DNA of 64,000 nucleotides from Nitrospirota bacterium (GCA_009773185.1 WPIF01000006.1:14677-78676), one strand, 5' to 3'; shown: positions 48,113 to 58,134, counted from the first letter of the stretch. Program-made: numbers and translations. The notes: a model not told the origin generated them from the letters alone.

Positions 48113-48425
48113 CTGTTCTTATCTCTATTAACTTTCCCATGGAATTCATGCCGGGGGGAGGAATGACCGAGCCTGTCGGGAAATGTTCGATGGAACACGG
48201 ATAGTCCTGAAAGGCCGAGAACAGGTCTGCCTGGGCCGGGTTTCTTGTATAGCGGGCGTCTGTGGCTAAAACCATGTCTGTTAAGTGGAGTGTTTTCACT
48301 ATCTCCTTAATATCTTTTCTGAGGATATGATGTTCGGAAAGGCTGATATGTGACTGAATATACAGCAGCGCCATAATTACAAGATTAATTGCAGTAAACA
48401 CGAAAAATGTTGTGGACCTGCGCAA
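48102..48425 (-). CDS. Small membrane-anchored protein, unknown function
   Basis: 107 aa with one N-terminal TM helix. Coupled (11-nt overlap) to the permease gene. Confidence 0.45.
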   Translation of the reverse strand: MRRSTTFFVFTAINLVIMALLYIQSHISLSEHHILRKDIKEIVKTLHLTDMVLATDARYTRNPAQADLFSAFQDYPCSIEHFPTGSVIPPPGMNSMGKLIEIRTDGP

Positions 48426-48917
48426 CTACTTGAGCTCCTCTTTGGTAATCTCGTCAAACCTGAGAATTTTTTTACCGTTATGGTCTTTCATGAATTCTTT
48501 TGCATTCTTTTCGTTTCCAACAGGTATGAGTTCATCTCCCATCGGGCCGTTTACATCGCTTCCCTTGATGAAAAACATTTTTGCCGCCGGCATAAACTTT
48601 GTCGAATAATATTCTGTGACATAGACAGCAAGGATATCAGAGGTCTTTTTAGACGGGTTGTATGTGCTGAGGCTGTGATAATATGTGAACATATCTTTTG
48701 GGCCATCGAAAAAGGCATAAGAGCCGTCTTTGAATATTATCTCTGAAACCCATTTGGGATATTTTGCCACAAACATTCCGCATACCCCGCATTTATCCTT
48801 TGGAGAGGGTTTGATAGGTTTTTCTTCTCCTGCAAACGCAAGGGTTGCAACAAAAAAAATTATCAGCAAACCGATTCCAATGTGTTTTATAACGCCTCCG
48901 TAATATATTTTTTTCAT
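48426..48917 (-). CDS. NosL-family (copper-chaperone-like) protein
   Basis: Signal peptide, then the KCGVCGMFV motif typical of NosL. Confidence 0.65.
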   Translation of the reverse strand: MKKIYYGGVIKHIGIGLLIIFFVATLAFAGEEKPIKPSPKDKCGVCGMFVAKYPKWVSEIIFKDGSYAFFDGPKDMFTYYHSLSTYNPSKKTSDILAVYVTEYYSTKFMPAAKMFFIKGSDVNGPMGDELIPVGNEKNAKEFMKDHNGKKILRFDEITKEELK

Positions 48918-49145
48918 GGCCTCTCCTTTAAAGAAATTAATTGCTGATATTCATGCCGTACATATCATTTAACAATAATCTTTATAAAAATGCAAAGTCA
49001 ACAGCCGGGAAGGTACAGTGAGCGCTAAACCAGCAATCTGCTTCCGTGAGCTTCATTTGCCTGTATAAAAACCTGCAAGAAGGATGTCATGTTTTGGCTA
49101 TAAGTTTTATTAACTGTCTTATAAATAATAAAAAATTGTTTGGGG

Positions 49146-49174
49146 TTGAGGAAAGGTCATTGTATAGGTATAAT
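49146..49174 (+). promoter_or_regulatory. Sigma-70-type promoter for the cytochrome gene
   Basis: TTGAGG, 17 nt, TATAAT. It lies 35 nt upstream of ATG 49209, which has an AAGGAGG SD. Confidence 0.5.
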
Positions 49175-49208
49175 AAATCCAAAATTTTAACTTTAAAGGA
49201 GGTTTCGT

Positions 49209-49793
49209 ATGTTTCTAAGGATTTTTGCCGTATGTGTTTTTGTCCTGTCGCTGGTTTCTATGTCGTGGGCAGCAGGGGCACATGATGGCCTCTTGTGCAC
49301 AGGCTGTCATGGTATCCACACTGCAAAGGGAGATATAATCTTTGCAGTTGAGCCGAACAAAAAGGCTATCAATCCAAAAACAAAACAGCCGAATACCGGA
49401 ACAACAGCCCTTTGCCTGGGTTGTCATGAGACACCGGATAAAGGCGGTATGGGGATAATGGCTGTATCAGGGCACATGAGCCATCCTTTCGGTGTAACTC
49501 CGAACGCAAAGGTTGCAACGGTTCCCGCGGCTTTTTTAAGGGAAGGAAAATTAGAATGTGTGGGTTGCCACGACCCTCATCCTTCCAATCCATTTTATAA
49601 ATATCTCAGGGTTGATACTTCAAAGGGCGCGAAGATGACTGATTTTTGCGCAATGTGCCATTCATCAAAGGCAGACCCAAATGTGGTAAAAAACCTGAAG
49701 ATGTTCAACAGCATGGATGAGAGAAGCTATGTGCCTGCGGCAGTTACTCCGGCAGCTCCCGCATCGGCGCCGGCGGCACCCAGAAGGAAATAA
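49209..49793 (+). CDS. Tetrahaem c-type cytochrome with an Ala/Pro-rich tail
   Basis: Signal peptide and four CxxCH motifs (CTGCH, CLGCH, CVGCH, CAMCH). Confidence 0.8.
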   Translation: MFLRIFAVCVFVLSLVSMSWAAGAHDGLLCTGCHGIHTAKGDIIFAVEPNKKAINPKTKQPNTGTTALCLGCHETPDKGGMGIMAVSGHMSHPFGVTPNAKVATVPAAFLREGKLECVGCHDPHPSNPFYKYLRVDTSKGAKMTDFCAMCHSSKADPNVVKNLKMFNSMDERSYVPAAVTPAAPASAPAAPRRK

Positions 49794-49857
49794 TGAAGTT
49801 TGATGTATATGCCTCTACCCTGTGTTTTATTAAGAAGCGCAGGGTAGAGTTTTTCCT

Positions 49858-50730
49858 GTGAAGCTGTTAAAGGATTTTCTTGTTTATGCCTCTGTGGAAA
49901 AAGGACTCTCTAAAAATACAGTTGAGTCTTATTCGCGTGACCTTGCATTGTTTCAAAAATTCATGGTTTCAAAAAATAAGAGGCTCAATTTATTTTCCAA
50001 GGCAGATATATTGGATTTTCTTAATAAAGTTAAGGATGACGGATACTCTGTGCCAAGTATCTGCAGGTTCATATCTTCAATCCGCGGGTTTTGCAGATAT
50101 ATGATGATAGAAAAGATTATCAGGGAGGACCCTTCAGAAAATCTTCAGTCACCCAAAAAGTGGGACCGGCTCCCCAAGGCATTAAGCTTCGGGGATGTTA
50201 TGGCTCTCCTTGATTCCAGAACTGACAGCCCCGCGTTTCTCAGGGATTCTGCAATGCTGGAGCTCCTTTATTCTTCAGGCCTGCGGGTGAGTGAACTTGT
50301 TTCGTTGAAGGTCGGCAATATAAACTTTGAGGCAGGTTTTCTGAGGGTTATGGGGAAGGGGTCAAAGGAAAGAGTTGTGCCGATAAATGCAAGGGCACTG
50401 AATAAAATAAAAGAATATATCAGAGAACTCAGGCCTGCGATCCTGAAAAAAAGGCGTTCAGATTATCTCTTTGTTACAAACAGGGGCAGCGCAATGACCA
50501 GGCAGCGTTTCTGGCAGACGATTAAGAAATTGGGCAATCAGGCAGGCATAAAGCTCTCGCCGCATACCTTGCGGCACTGTTTTGCGACACATCTGCTGGA
50601 AGGCGGCGCTGACCTCAGGTCTGTTCAGAAGATGCTGGGCCATTCGGATATATCAACAACTCAGATATATACAAAGGTATCAACTGACAGGATTAAGAAA
50701 GTATATCGTGAGCATCACCCCAGGGCTTAA
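49858..50730 (+). CDS. XerC/XerD-family tyrosine recombinase
   Basis: GTG start. N-terminal SAM-like domain (EKGLSKNTVESYSRDL). Catalytic region with SGLRVSE and HTLRHCFATHLLEGGADLRSVQKMLGH...TQIY. Confidence 0.8.
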   Translation: MKLLKDFLVYASVEKGLSKNTVESYSRDLALFQKFMVSKNKRLNLFSKADILDFLNKVKDDGYSVPSICRFISSIRGFCRYMMIEKIIREDPSENLQSPKKWDRLPKALSFGDVMALLDSRTDSPAFLRDSAMLELLYSSGLRVSELVSLKVGNINFEAGFLRVMGKGSKERVVPINARALNKIKEYIRELRPAILKKRRSDYLFVTNRGSAMTRQRFWQTIKKLGNQAGIKLSPHTLRHCFATHLLEGGADLRSVQKMLGHSDISTTQIYTKVSTDRIKKVYREHHPRA

Positions 50731-50782
50731 CTGTTTTTAATTATTTTGTTATAATTTGAGTTACAGTAAAGGAGAAGGACTC

Positions 50783-51160
50783 ATGGCTTTAATTCTGGTC
50801 ATAGACGATTCATTGTATATGCGGGGGAAAATATGCAGCATCCTGAGGCTGGACGGGCATATAATACTTGAGGCAGACAATGGGCTTAAAGGCCTTCAGA
50901 TGGCCTCTGCAAATTCACCTGACTGTGTTCTGCTTGATATCATAATGCCGGGGATGGACGGCCTGAAAATAATCAAGTCCCTGAAAGATCAGCACCTGAA
51001 TATCCCTATGATTGTTGTAACGGCAGATATTCAGGAAAGCACACGCAAACAATGTATGGAGTTGGGAGCTGCTGCGGTTATAAATAAACCTCCGAAGGAA
51101 GAAGAGCTGCTCAGTATAATTAATAAAGTTCTTGCTCTTAAAAAAGGGGCTGACCGATGA
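50783..51160 (+). CDS. CheY-like single-domain response regulator
   Basis: LVIDDS...LLDIIMPGMDG...K. AAGGAGAAGG SD before ATG 50783. Confidence 0.8.
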   Translation: MALILVIDDSLYMRGKICSILRLDGHIILEADNGLKGLQMASANSPDCVLLDIIMPGMDGLKIIKSLKDQHLNIPMIVVTADIQESTRKQCMELGAAAVINKPPKEEELLSIINKVLALKKGADR

Positions 51161-51765
51161 ACCTTACAACCGAACAGATAGATGCACTTAAAGAGCTAAT
51201 CAATATCGGTGTTGGAAGAGCGGCAAGTGTGTTGAGCGAGATGGTTCGCCATCATATCAGCCTGCAGGTTCCTTTCATAAAGATACTATTGCCGGCAGAA
51301 TTGAAGGCCGAAATGGAGGAACTTGGAAGGTATAGGGTTGCCGCTGTAAAGCTCGGGTTTAAAGGTCTCTTTTCAGGCTCTGCAGCGCTGGTTTTTCCTC
51401 CTGACAGCGCCTCGAAACTTGTTGCGGTCCTGACTGGCGAGGAGTCAGGAACCAATGACCTCGATTCAGTCAGGGTAGGGACGCTAAGCGAAGTTGGCAA
51501 TATTGTCATTAATGGCGTTATGGGCTCGATTTCCAATGTGCTTAAACAGAACATTAATTATTCGCTTCCTAACTATATGGAAGATAACGTGGATAATCTG
51601 TTGACTTTAGACAAACACGATCCTAATGCAACAGTCCTGCTGGCACGCACGCGGTTTACGATTGAACAACTTTGTGTTGAAGGAGATATAATCCTGATTT
51701 TTGAGGTTGGTTCATTTGACTCCCTGCTTGCCGCCATAAACAGGGATTACGGAGGGCAGTCTTGA
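51157..51765 (+). CDS. CheC/CheX-like chemotaxis phosphatase
   Basis: IDALKELINIGVGRAASVLSEM and a second EVGNIVING repeat. Confidence 0.7.
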   Translation: MNLTTEQIDALKELINIGVGRAASVLSEMVRHHISLQVPFIKILLPAELKAEMEELGRYRVAAVKLGFKGLFSGSAALVFPPDSASKLVAVLTGEESGTNDLDSVRVGTLSEVGNIVINGVMGSISNVLKQNINYSLPNYMEDNVDNLLTLDKHDPNATVLLARTRFTIEQLCVEGDIILIFEVGSFDSLLAAINRDYGGQS

Positions 51766-53840
51766 ACGAGATAGAAATTGCTGAGAAAGAATTCGGCATT
51801 CTCGATCATGCCCCTCTGGGGTTGTTTGTTTTACGGCAGGATTTTGTTGTTCTTTTCTGGAACAGTTGTCTCGAGGACTGGACCGGCATTAGCAGAAGAG
51901 ATATTATAGGGACGAACATCAGCGCCCATTTTCCCCATCTGAATAGCCCTGAATATCATAAGCGCATCCAGAATATTTTTGAAGGCGGGCCGCCAACGAT
52001 TTTTTCCTCTCAGCTTCACAAATATATTATCCCTTCGCGCTTATGGGATGGGCAGGTGCGTATACAGCATACAACAGTGACCTCTATCAGCGCAGCGGAT
52101 GGGACAGGGTTTTATGCCCTTTTTGCCATTCAGGATGTCACTGACTTAACACACCGCATTCAGGGATACAGAATTATGCGGGATCAGGCACTGGAAGAAG
52201 TAAAAGAACGCAAAAAGGCAGAAGATGAATTAAGAAGGGCGCATGAAGGGTTGGAGCTAAGAGTTAAAGAACGTACTGCTGACCTGGTTTTGTTAAACGA
52301 AAGGCTTCAGGGCGAGATTAAAGTGCGTAAAAAAGTCGAGGAAGAACTGAAAAAACTTGTTTCAACTCTGAATACCCTTGTATACCATATTCCCGAAGGT
52401 GTTGCATTGCTTGATGCGGAACATCGCATAGTGCTTTTGAACAGTATCGGAGAGAAATATCTCGAAGCAATTACAGGCGCAAACATCGGAGATGTTTTGA
52501 CTGATATATCAGGCCATCCCCTGGAAGAGTTTCTTGTGTCTGCATCGCATAAGGTCTGGCATGAGCTGAAAATTGGCAGCCCTTCCAATTTTGTATTTGA
52601 AATAGCAGGAAGGACTATAGTCCAGAATAGTGTTATAGGCGGGATGGTGCTTGTCCTGAAGGATGTTACAGAGGAAAGGATGCTCGATGACCGTGTAAAC
52701 TCGCAGGAGAGGCTGGCTGCCGTAGGACAGCTTGCTGCGGGCATTGCCCATGACTTTAACAACATCCTCACAGGCATTATAGGGTTTGCGGATATTCTTA
52801 GAACTGATTATTCATTGCCCTACGAGGAAAAGGAAATGGTAGAGGCTATCCTGCAGAATGGCGAGAGGGCTGCACAGCTGGTACGCCAGATACTTGATTT
52901 CAGCAGTAAATCCCTAAGTGAGGTTCAGTCCATTAATTTGATGCCCTTTCTCAAAGAATTGTCGAAGTTTATCGGAAGGACTATTCCTGAAAATATTGAA
53001 ATCTTCATTGATTGCAAGCCCGGAGAATATATTATTGAGGGAGACGCTGCAAAGATACAGCAGGTCTTTACGAACCTGGCGCTTAATGCGCGTGACGCAA
53101 TGCCTGATGGCGGTAAATTGAGGTTTGCGCTGTCACGAATCAGTATAAAACCTGAAGATATGCTGCCTGTAAATGATATGCCTTATGGTGACTGGATAGC
53201 TATAAATGTTACAGATACAGGGACAGGCATTCATCCTGATACTTTGCCGCACATATTCGAGCCGTTTTTTACTACAAAAGGAGTCGGCAAAGGGACAGGC
53301 CTTGGCCTTTCGCAGGTATATGGCATAGTAAAACAGCACGAGGGGCATATTAATGTGAAGACCGAGGTTGGCAAAAGTACTGCCTTCAATATATATCTGC
53401 CTGCAAGCAGGTCAAAGGCCGGGACAAATTTTACAAAAGAAGAGATTATAATGCCGAAAGGGCGGAAAGAAGCCATATTAGTCGTGGAAGACAATGAATC
53501 AGTGCGGAATCTTATACATAAAAAACTCAGCAAATTGGATTATAGAGTCCTGACAGCAATAAACGGAAAGGACGCACTGTCAATATTTAAGGACAACCAG
53601 AATGATATAAAACTGGTCATTACTGATTTGGTAATGCCTGAGATGGGCGGCATAGAGCTGAGCAAGATAGTCAAGGCTAAAAATCCTTCTGTGAAGATTA
53701 TAGCTCTGAGCGGCTATTCTGTGAATTTCAAGGAAGAAGATTTACGGAAGTCAGGCATTGAGGAATGCATGCAAAAGCCATTTCAAAGCCAGAAGTTTAT
53801 TGAGGTTGTATCCAGGGTTTTAGAAAGAGAACCTGGTTGA
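51762..53840 (+). CDS. Hybrid sensor histidine kinase / response regulator (2x PAS, HisKA, HATPase, REC)
   Basis: [25 protein letters not shown] and a C-terminal REC. Confidence 0.85.
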   Translation: MNEIEIAEKEFGILDHAPLGLFVLRQDFVVLFWNSCLEDWTGISRRDIIGTNISAHFPHLNSPEYHKRIQNIFEGGPPTIFSSQLHKYIIPSRLWDGQVRIQHTTVTSISAADGTGFYALFAIQDVTDLTHRIQGYRIMRDQALEEVKERKKAEDELRRAHEGLELRVKERTADLVLLNERLQGEIKVRKKVEEELKKLVSTLNTLVYHIPEGVALLDAEHRIVLLNSIGEKYLEAITGANIGDVLTDISGHPLEEFLVSASHKVWHELKIGSPSNFVFEIAGRTIVQNSVIGGMVLVLKDVTEERMLDDRVNSQERLAAVGQLAAGIAHDFNNILTGIIGFADILRTDYSLPYEEKEMVEAILQNGERAAQLVRQILDFSSKSLSEVQSINLMPFLKELSKFIGRTIPENIEIFIDCKPGEYIIEGDAAKIQQVFTNLALNARDAMPDGGKLRFALSRISIKPEDMLPVNDMPYGDWIAINVTDTGTGIHPDTLPHIFEPFFTTKGVGKGTGLGLSQVYGIVKQHEGHINVKTEVGKSTAFNIYLPASRSKAGTNFTKEEIIMPKGRKEAILVVEDNESVRNLIHKKLSKLDYRVLTAINGKDALSIFKDNQNDIKLVITDLVMPEMGGIELSKIVKAKNPSVKIIALSGYSVNFKEEDLRKSGIEECMQKPFQSQKFIEVVSRVLEREPG

Positions 53841-53987
53841 TTCTGAAAGTATAGCTGTATCTGCGGGTTTAAAGGGCTGCATTTTTGCCAGGAGTTTTAA
53901 TGCTTTATTAAAATTTTTTTTTATGCTACATTTTTCTTACAAGCTTTTATTGTTTATCTGAAATAAATTTGATTGCGGAGGTAAGTA

Positions 53988-56411
53988 ATGCCTGACAAAT
54001 TAGGTATCAACGAGCTTTATAAATGCTGCGATATGAATGTTTTTAAATTCAATACAACAGATGACCTGCCGCCTTTTGAAGGGACTATAGGGCAGGACAG
54101 GGCGCTGAAAGCCCTTGATTTCGGGATAAGCCTTGAAAATTCCGGGTTTAACATTTTTATACTTGGAGAAAACGGCACAGGCAAGATGAGCACAATAAAG
54201 TCTATCCTGTCAAAGCAGTCCCTGAACGAACCTGTTTCATCCGACTGGTGTTATGTCTATAATTTCAAGGATGCCGATGCACCGATAGCTGTGTCGCTTG
54301 AGCCCGGCAGGGCTGCTACTTTTCAAAAGGACATGGATGAACTTGTAAAGATACTAAGGGTTGAGGTGCCGAAGGTTTTTGAATCAAAGGAATATGATAA
54401 ACAGAAAAACCTTATTCTTGAAGAATTCCAGAAAAAACAAAAGGACCTGTTTTCAACTCTTGAAGACGAGGCACAGGCTAAGGGATTCTCTATAAGAAAG
54501 ACCGTAAGCGGCCTTCTGATAGTGCCTGTCAAAAAAACAGGCGAGCCCTTAAATGAAGAAGAGTTCGATGCCCTTGATGACAAAACAAAGAAAAAGGTCG
54601 AGGAAATCGGCAAGACCCTGCAGGAAAAACTCGATGATGTTGTCAGGACTTTAAGGGAAGGAGACAAGCTTGTTAAAGACCTCCTCAGCAGGCTCGAGAG
54701 AGAAGCTGCGCTTTCTGCGGTTGGGCACCTTATAGATGAATTAAAGAGTAAGTATCGCGACCATGAAAAGATAACTGTTTATCTGGAGGACGTGAAGGAA
54801 GATATTCTCGCACATCTTGACGATTTTAAGACAACTGAAGAACAGGCGCCGGCCCTGCCGTTTATGAAGGCCCAAAAGGCGGAACCGACGTTTACAAGAT
54901 ATACTGTCAATGTCCTTGTGAATAATAAAGAGAGCAAAGGGGCTCCCTGTGTTTTTGAGAGCAATCCTACATACTTCAATCTTTTTGGAAGGATTGAGCA
55001 CAAGATACAATACGGTATTGCAATAACAGACTTTTCAATGATTAAGGCAGGCTCATTGCACAGGGCAAACGGCGGCTATATTGTGATAAATGTCCTTGAC
55101 CTGTTGAGAAACCTTTTTGCCTATGACGCCTTGAAGCGCTCTATAAGGAATAAAGATATAAGGATAGACGACGTGTGGGAGCAGTACAGGCTGGTGTCAA
55201 CAACAACCCTCAAGCCGGAGGCCATCCCATTGGATATCAAGGTCATACTTGTGGGTAATCCTCATCTTTATTATCTGCTCTATAACCTTGACGAAGAATA
55301 CAGGGAACTGTTCAAGGTCAAGTCGGACTTTGACAGCAGGATGGACCGGACAGATGAGAATATACATAAGTATGCGTCTTTTGTTGCTGCAAAGTGCAAG
55401 GATGACAAACTGCTTCCGTTTGACAGGTCCGGGATTGCAAAGGTTGTTGAATATGGTTCAAGGCTTGCCGATCATCAGGAGAAGCTATCTTCAAAATTTA
55501 GTGAGGTAACCGACCTGATAAATGAAGCGCACTATTGGGCGCTAAAGGCAAAAAACAATGTTGTTATGGGCGAGCATGTAGAAAAGGCGATAGATGAAAG
55601 GGTCTACAGGAATAACAGAATAGAAGAGCGCCTCCGCGAGATGATTGCAGAGGGAACACTGATAGTTGAAACATCAGGGGCCAGGGTGGGCCAGATTAAC
55701 GGACTTGCTGTCCTGGATCTCGGCGATTACAGTTTCGGAAAACCATCAAGGATAACTGCGAAGACCTGGACAGGAAAGGCAGGGGTTTTAAACATAGAGC
55801 GTGAAACAAAGATGAGCGGCAAGATACATGAAAAGGCAATGCTCATATTAACAAACTATTTAGGCAGTACATATGCAACAAAGAAGCCGATAAGCATTTC
55901 AGCGTCAATTACATTCGAGCAGCTCTATGATATGGTAGAGGGCGACAGCGCGACCTGCGCGGAGTTATATGCATTACTGAGCAGTATTGCCAATGTCCCG
56001 ATAAAGCAGAACATTGCTATTACCGGCTCAATGGACCAAAACGGGGATGTTCAGCCCATAGGCGGAGTGAATGAAAAGATAGAGGGGTTCTTTGAGTTGT
56101 GCAGGCTGAGGGGGCTCGACGGAAGCCATGGCGTGGTAATACCCAGGCGGAATGTCAGGCATCTGATGATAAAAAAGAGTGTAGTTGATGCTGTCAAAGA
56201 AGGCAAGTTCTCAATCTACCCCATAAACAGGGTTGAGGAAGGGATAGAGATACTTACAGGCATACCTGCCGGAGAGTTAAAGGAAGACGGAACATATCCG
56301 GAAGGCACTATCAATTACCTTGTTGTAAAACGCCTTACAGAAATATCAGATGCATTAAAGGAAAAGAAAGATAAAGAAGAAGAAAAGAACGAAAAAGACA
56401 AAGATAAATGA
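53988..56411 (+). CDS. Lon-like (LonB/COG1067-type) AAA+ protease
   Basis: Walker A GENGTGKMS. C-terminal Lon S16 domain with GDSATCAELYALLS and IGGVNEKIEGF (Ser-Lys dyad). Confidence 0.75.
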   Translation: MPDKLGINELYKCCDMNVFKFNTTDDLPPFEGTIGQDRALKALDFGISLENSGFNIFILGENGTGKMSTIKSILSKQSLNEPVSSDWCYVYNFKDADAPIAVSLEPGRAATFQKDMDELVKILRVEVPKVFESKEYDKQKNLILEEFQKKQKDLFSTLEDEAQAKGFSIRKTVSGLLIVPVKKTGEPLNEEEFDALDDKTKKKVEEIGKTLQEKLDDVVRTLREGDKLVKDLLSRLEREAALSAVGHLIDELKSKYRDHEKITVYLEDVKEDILAHLDDFKTTEEQAPALPFMKAQKAEPTFTRYTVNVLVNNKESKGAPCVFESNPTYFNLFGRIEHKIQYGIAITDFSMIKAGSLHRANGGYIVINVLDLLRNLFAYDALKRSIRNKDIRIDDVWEQYRLVSTTTLKPEAIPLDIKVILVGNPHLYYLLYNLDEEYRELFKVKSDFDSRMDRTDENIHKYASFVAAKCKDDKLLPFDRSGIAKVVEYGSRLADHQEKLSSKFSEVTDLINEAHYWALKAKNNVVMGEHVEKAIDERVYRNNRIEERLREMIAEGTLIVETSGARVGQINGLAVLDLGDYSFGKPSRITAKTWTGKAGVLNIERETKMSGKIHEKAMLILTNYLGSTYATKKPISISASITFEQLYDMVEGDSATCAELYALLSSIANVPIKQNIAITGSMDQNGDVQPIGGVNEKIEGFFELCRLRGLDGSHGVVIPRRNVRHLMIKKSVVDAVKEGKFSIYPINRVEEGIEILTGIPAGELKEDGTYPEGTINYLVVKRLTEISDALKEKKDKEEEKNEKDKDK

Positions 56412-57334
56412 AAAAGGCGTTATGGCTGCTTGAGGCCGGTTTATTTATCATTTTTTCCCTGCCGTTAGCAATATTGCCGTTTAAAGTCTCGACCAAGGCC
56501 GGAAAAATGCTCGGCCTTTTGCTTTTTTATATATGGGGAAGCAGAAGACGGATTGCCATTGAGAATATCAAGCTCTCGGCTCTCGGCTCTTTCTCCTCGG
56601 CGAATCCGCCTGCGTGCGGACAGCTCTCAGCTGTAAATATTGCAAAAGAGACTTTCAGAAACCTCGGCAGGTCGTTCACTGAGATAGTAAAAATCTATTA
56701 TGGACTTGGCAAAAACATAATAGATTCTGTAGAGATTTCTGGCGTAGAAAACTTTAATAAGGCCAGGGCAAAGGGCAAAGGTATTTTGTTTCTGACCGGC
56801 CACTGTGGGAACTGGGAACTGCTGGGAACTGCCGTGGCTGCAAATCTTGCAGATATTGCGATAGTGGCGAGGCCTATCAATAACCCCTATATCAATAAAT
56901 TCATTGTGAACGGAAGGCAGAGACATGGCAACAGCATAATCGCCAAACAGGGGGCCTTAAAGGTCATTATAAAGAGGCTGAGAGAAGGCGGATGTGTCGG
57001 GATTCTGATGGACCAGTCTGTTTTGCCTGCTGAAGGTTATGTGATAGATTTTCTCGGAAGGGGCGCCTGGACAACAAAGATGCCTGCGCTCATAGCAAGA
57101 AAGACAGGCGCTGCGATCCTTCCTGTATTCATACACAGGACAGAGAGGGGGCACAGCCTGAAAATATATCCCGAAGTGGAATTATCTAATATCGCTGATA
57201 AGGAAAAAGCAGTGCTTGAGGATACAAAGAAGTTTTCGGGTTTTATTGATGGATACATCAAAGAACATCCCTTTGAATGGCTCTGGATTCACAGGAGATG
57301 GAAGAGGGTTGGGGCTGGAGTATCGGCAAAATAA
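56408..57334 (+). CDS. LpxL/HtrB-family lysophospholipid (lipid A) acyltransferase
   Basis: N-terminal TM helix and TGHCGNWE (HX4E/D). ATGA overlap with the Lon-like gene. Confidence 0.7.
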   Translation: MKKALWLLEAGLFIIFSLPLAILPFKVSTKAGKMLGLLLFYIWGSRRRIAIENIKLSALGSFSSANPPACGQLSAVNIAKETFRNLGRSFTEIVKIYYGLGKNIIDSVEISGVENFNKARAKGKGILFLTGHCGNWELLGTAVAANLADIAIVARPINNPYINKFIVNGRQRHGNSIIAKQGALKVIIKRLREGGCVGILMDQSVLPAEGYVIDFLGRGAWTTKMPALIARKTGAAILPVFIHRTERGHSLKIYPEVELSNIADKEKAVLEDTKKFSGFIDGYIKEHPFEWLWIHRRWKRVGAGVSAK

Positions 57335-57364
57335 AACCGCAATGCTATTCCCTGCTTTGTGTGA

Positions 57365-57937
57365 TTAATGAGAGGCTAATTCTTTTCCTGCCTCATAAGC
57401 ATCTTTAAGCGCTGTCGGATGTTTGAGTATCGCGCCTTTTGCATCAATACCCGTAAAGCTTAATGTCTTATGTTCAGGGACGCTTATGGTCCTGAAGAAT
57501 GCCTTTGCAGTTGCGTCCGAACACTCAGTCCCCAGCTCTTTTTTCATCCCGCCTGCAAGCAGCAAAAGCCCTTTTCTTCCGTATTTGCCTTCGGGAATTG
57601 GTTTTTTTAGCAGATATTTTTCGCACCAGAATGCCTGGCACCTGTCTATCATTATCTTTGTCTGGGCGCTAAGGCCGAAGAAAAAAATCGGCGAGGCAAG
57701 GATAATCCTGTCAGCAGTTCTTATGGCATCATATATCTGCACCATTTCATCTTCGGTGGTACAGATGCCTGTTTCATCGCATCCGCCGCAGTTCTGGCAG
57801 GGTGAGATTTTCATAAGGTTGAGATTAAAGGTTTGGACTGTAGACCTTGAATCCTCTATCCCTTTTATGGCCTCCCTGAGAAGAAGCTCGGTATTGCCGC
57901 CTTTTCGCGGGCTCCCTAAAAATGCAATTATATTCAT
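57365..57937 (-). CDS. Iron-sulfur flavoprotein / NADPH-dependent FMN reductase family
   Basis: MNIIAFLGSPRKGGNT and the compact Cys cluster CQNCGGCDETGIC. Confidence 0.75.
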   Translation of the reverse strand: MNIIAFLGSPRKGGNTELLLREAIKGIEDSRSTVQTFNLNLMKISPCQNCGGCDETGICTTEDEMVQIYDAIRTADRIILASPIFFFGLSAQTKIMIDRCQAFWCEKYLLKKPIPEGKYGRKGLLLLAGGMKKELGTECSDATAKAFFRTISVPEHKTLSFTGIDAKGAILKHPTALKDAYEAGKELASH

Positions 57938-57945
57938 AGCACCCC

Positions 57946-58134
57946 TTATTCCTCAGTAACGCTGATTGCCTGAACAGGGCATATATCAACTGCTTCCTCG
58001 CATTTGCATGTATTGCATTTATCAGGGCCTATGACATATGCCTTGTCATCTCTAAGCTGAAAGACTTCAGGACAGACCTCAGTACAAGCGCCGCAGCCTA
58101 CGCATGTGTCCCAGTCAATTGCCGGTTTCAACAC
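57946..58134 (-). CDS. Small [4Fe-4S] ferredoxin
   Basis: 62 aa starting at GTG 58134, 7 nt after GGAGG. Contains CVGCGACTEVCP ... CEEAVDICP. Confidence 0.75.
   Translation of the reverse strand: MLKPAIDWDTCVGCGACTEVCPEVFQLRDDKAYVIGPDKCNTCKCEEAVDICPVQAISVTEE

Noticed and set aside
49858-50730. Tyrosine recombinase as evidence of an integrated mobile element
   Set aside because: Its full XerC/XerD-like architecture and its flanking housekeeping and chemotaxis genes point to a core gene. I could see no flanking direct repeats or phage or IS genes.
53874-53888. Sigma-54 promoter upstream of the Lon-like gene
   Set aside because: The GG-N10-GC spacing is met, but the -24 box (GGGCTG) is poor and the element lies ~100 nt from the start. 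I kept it only as a weak note.
53988-56411. Lon-like protease as BREX BrxL
   Set aside because: No PglX, PglZ, BrxA, BrxB or BrxC-like genes are in the vicinity. Its length and motifs fit the generic COG1067 Lon-like family.
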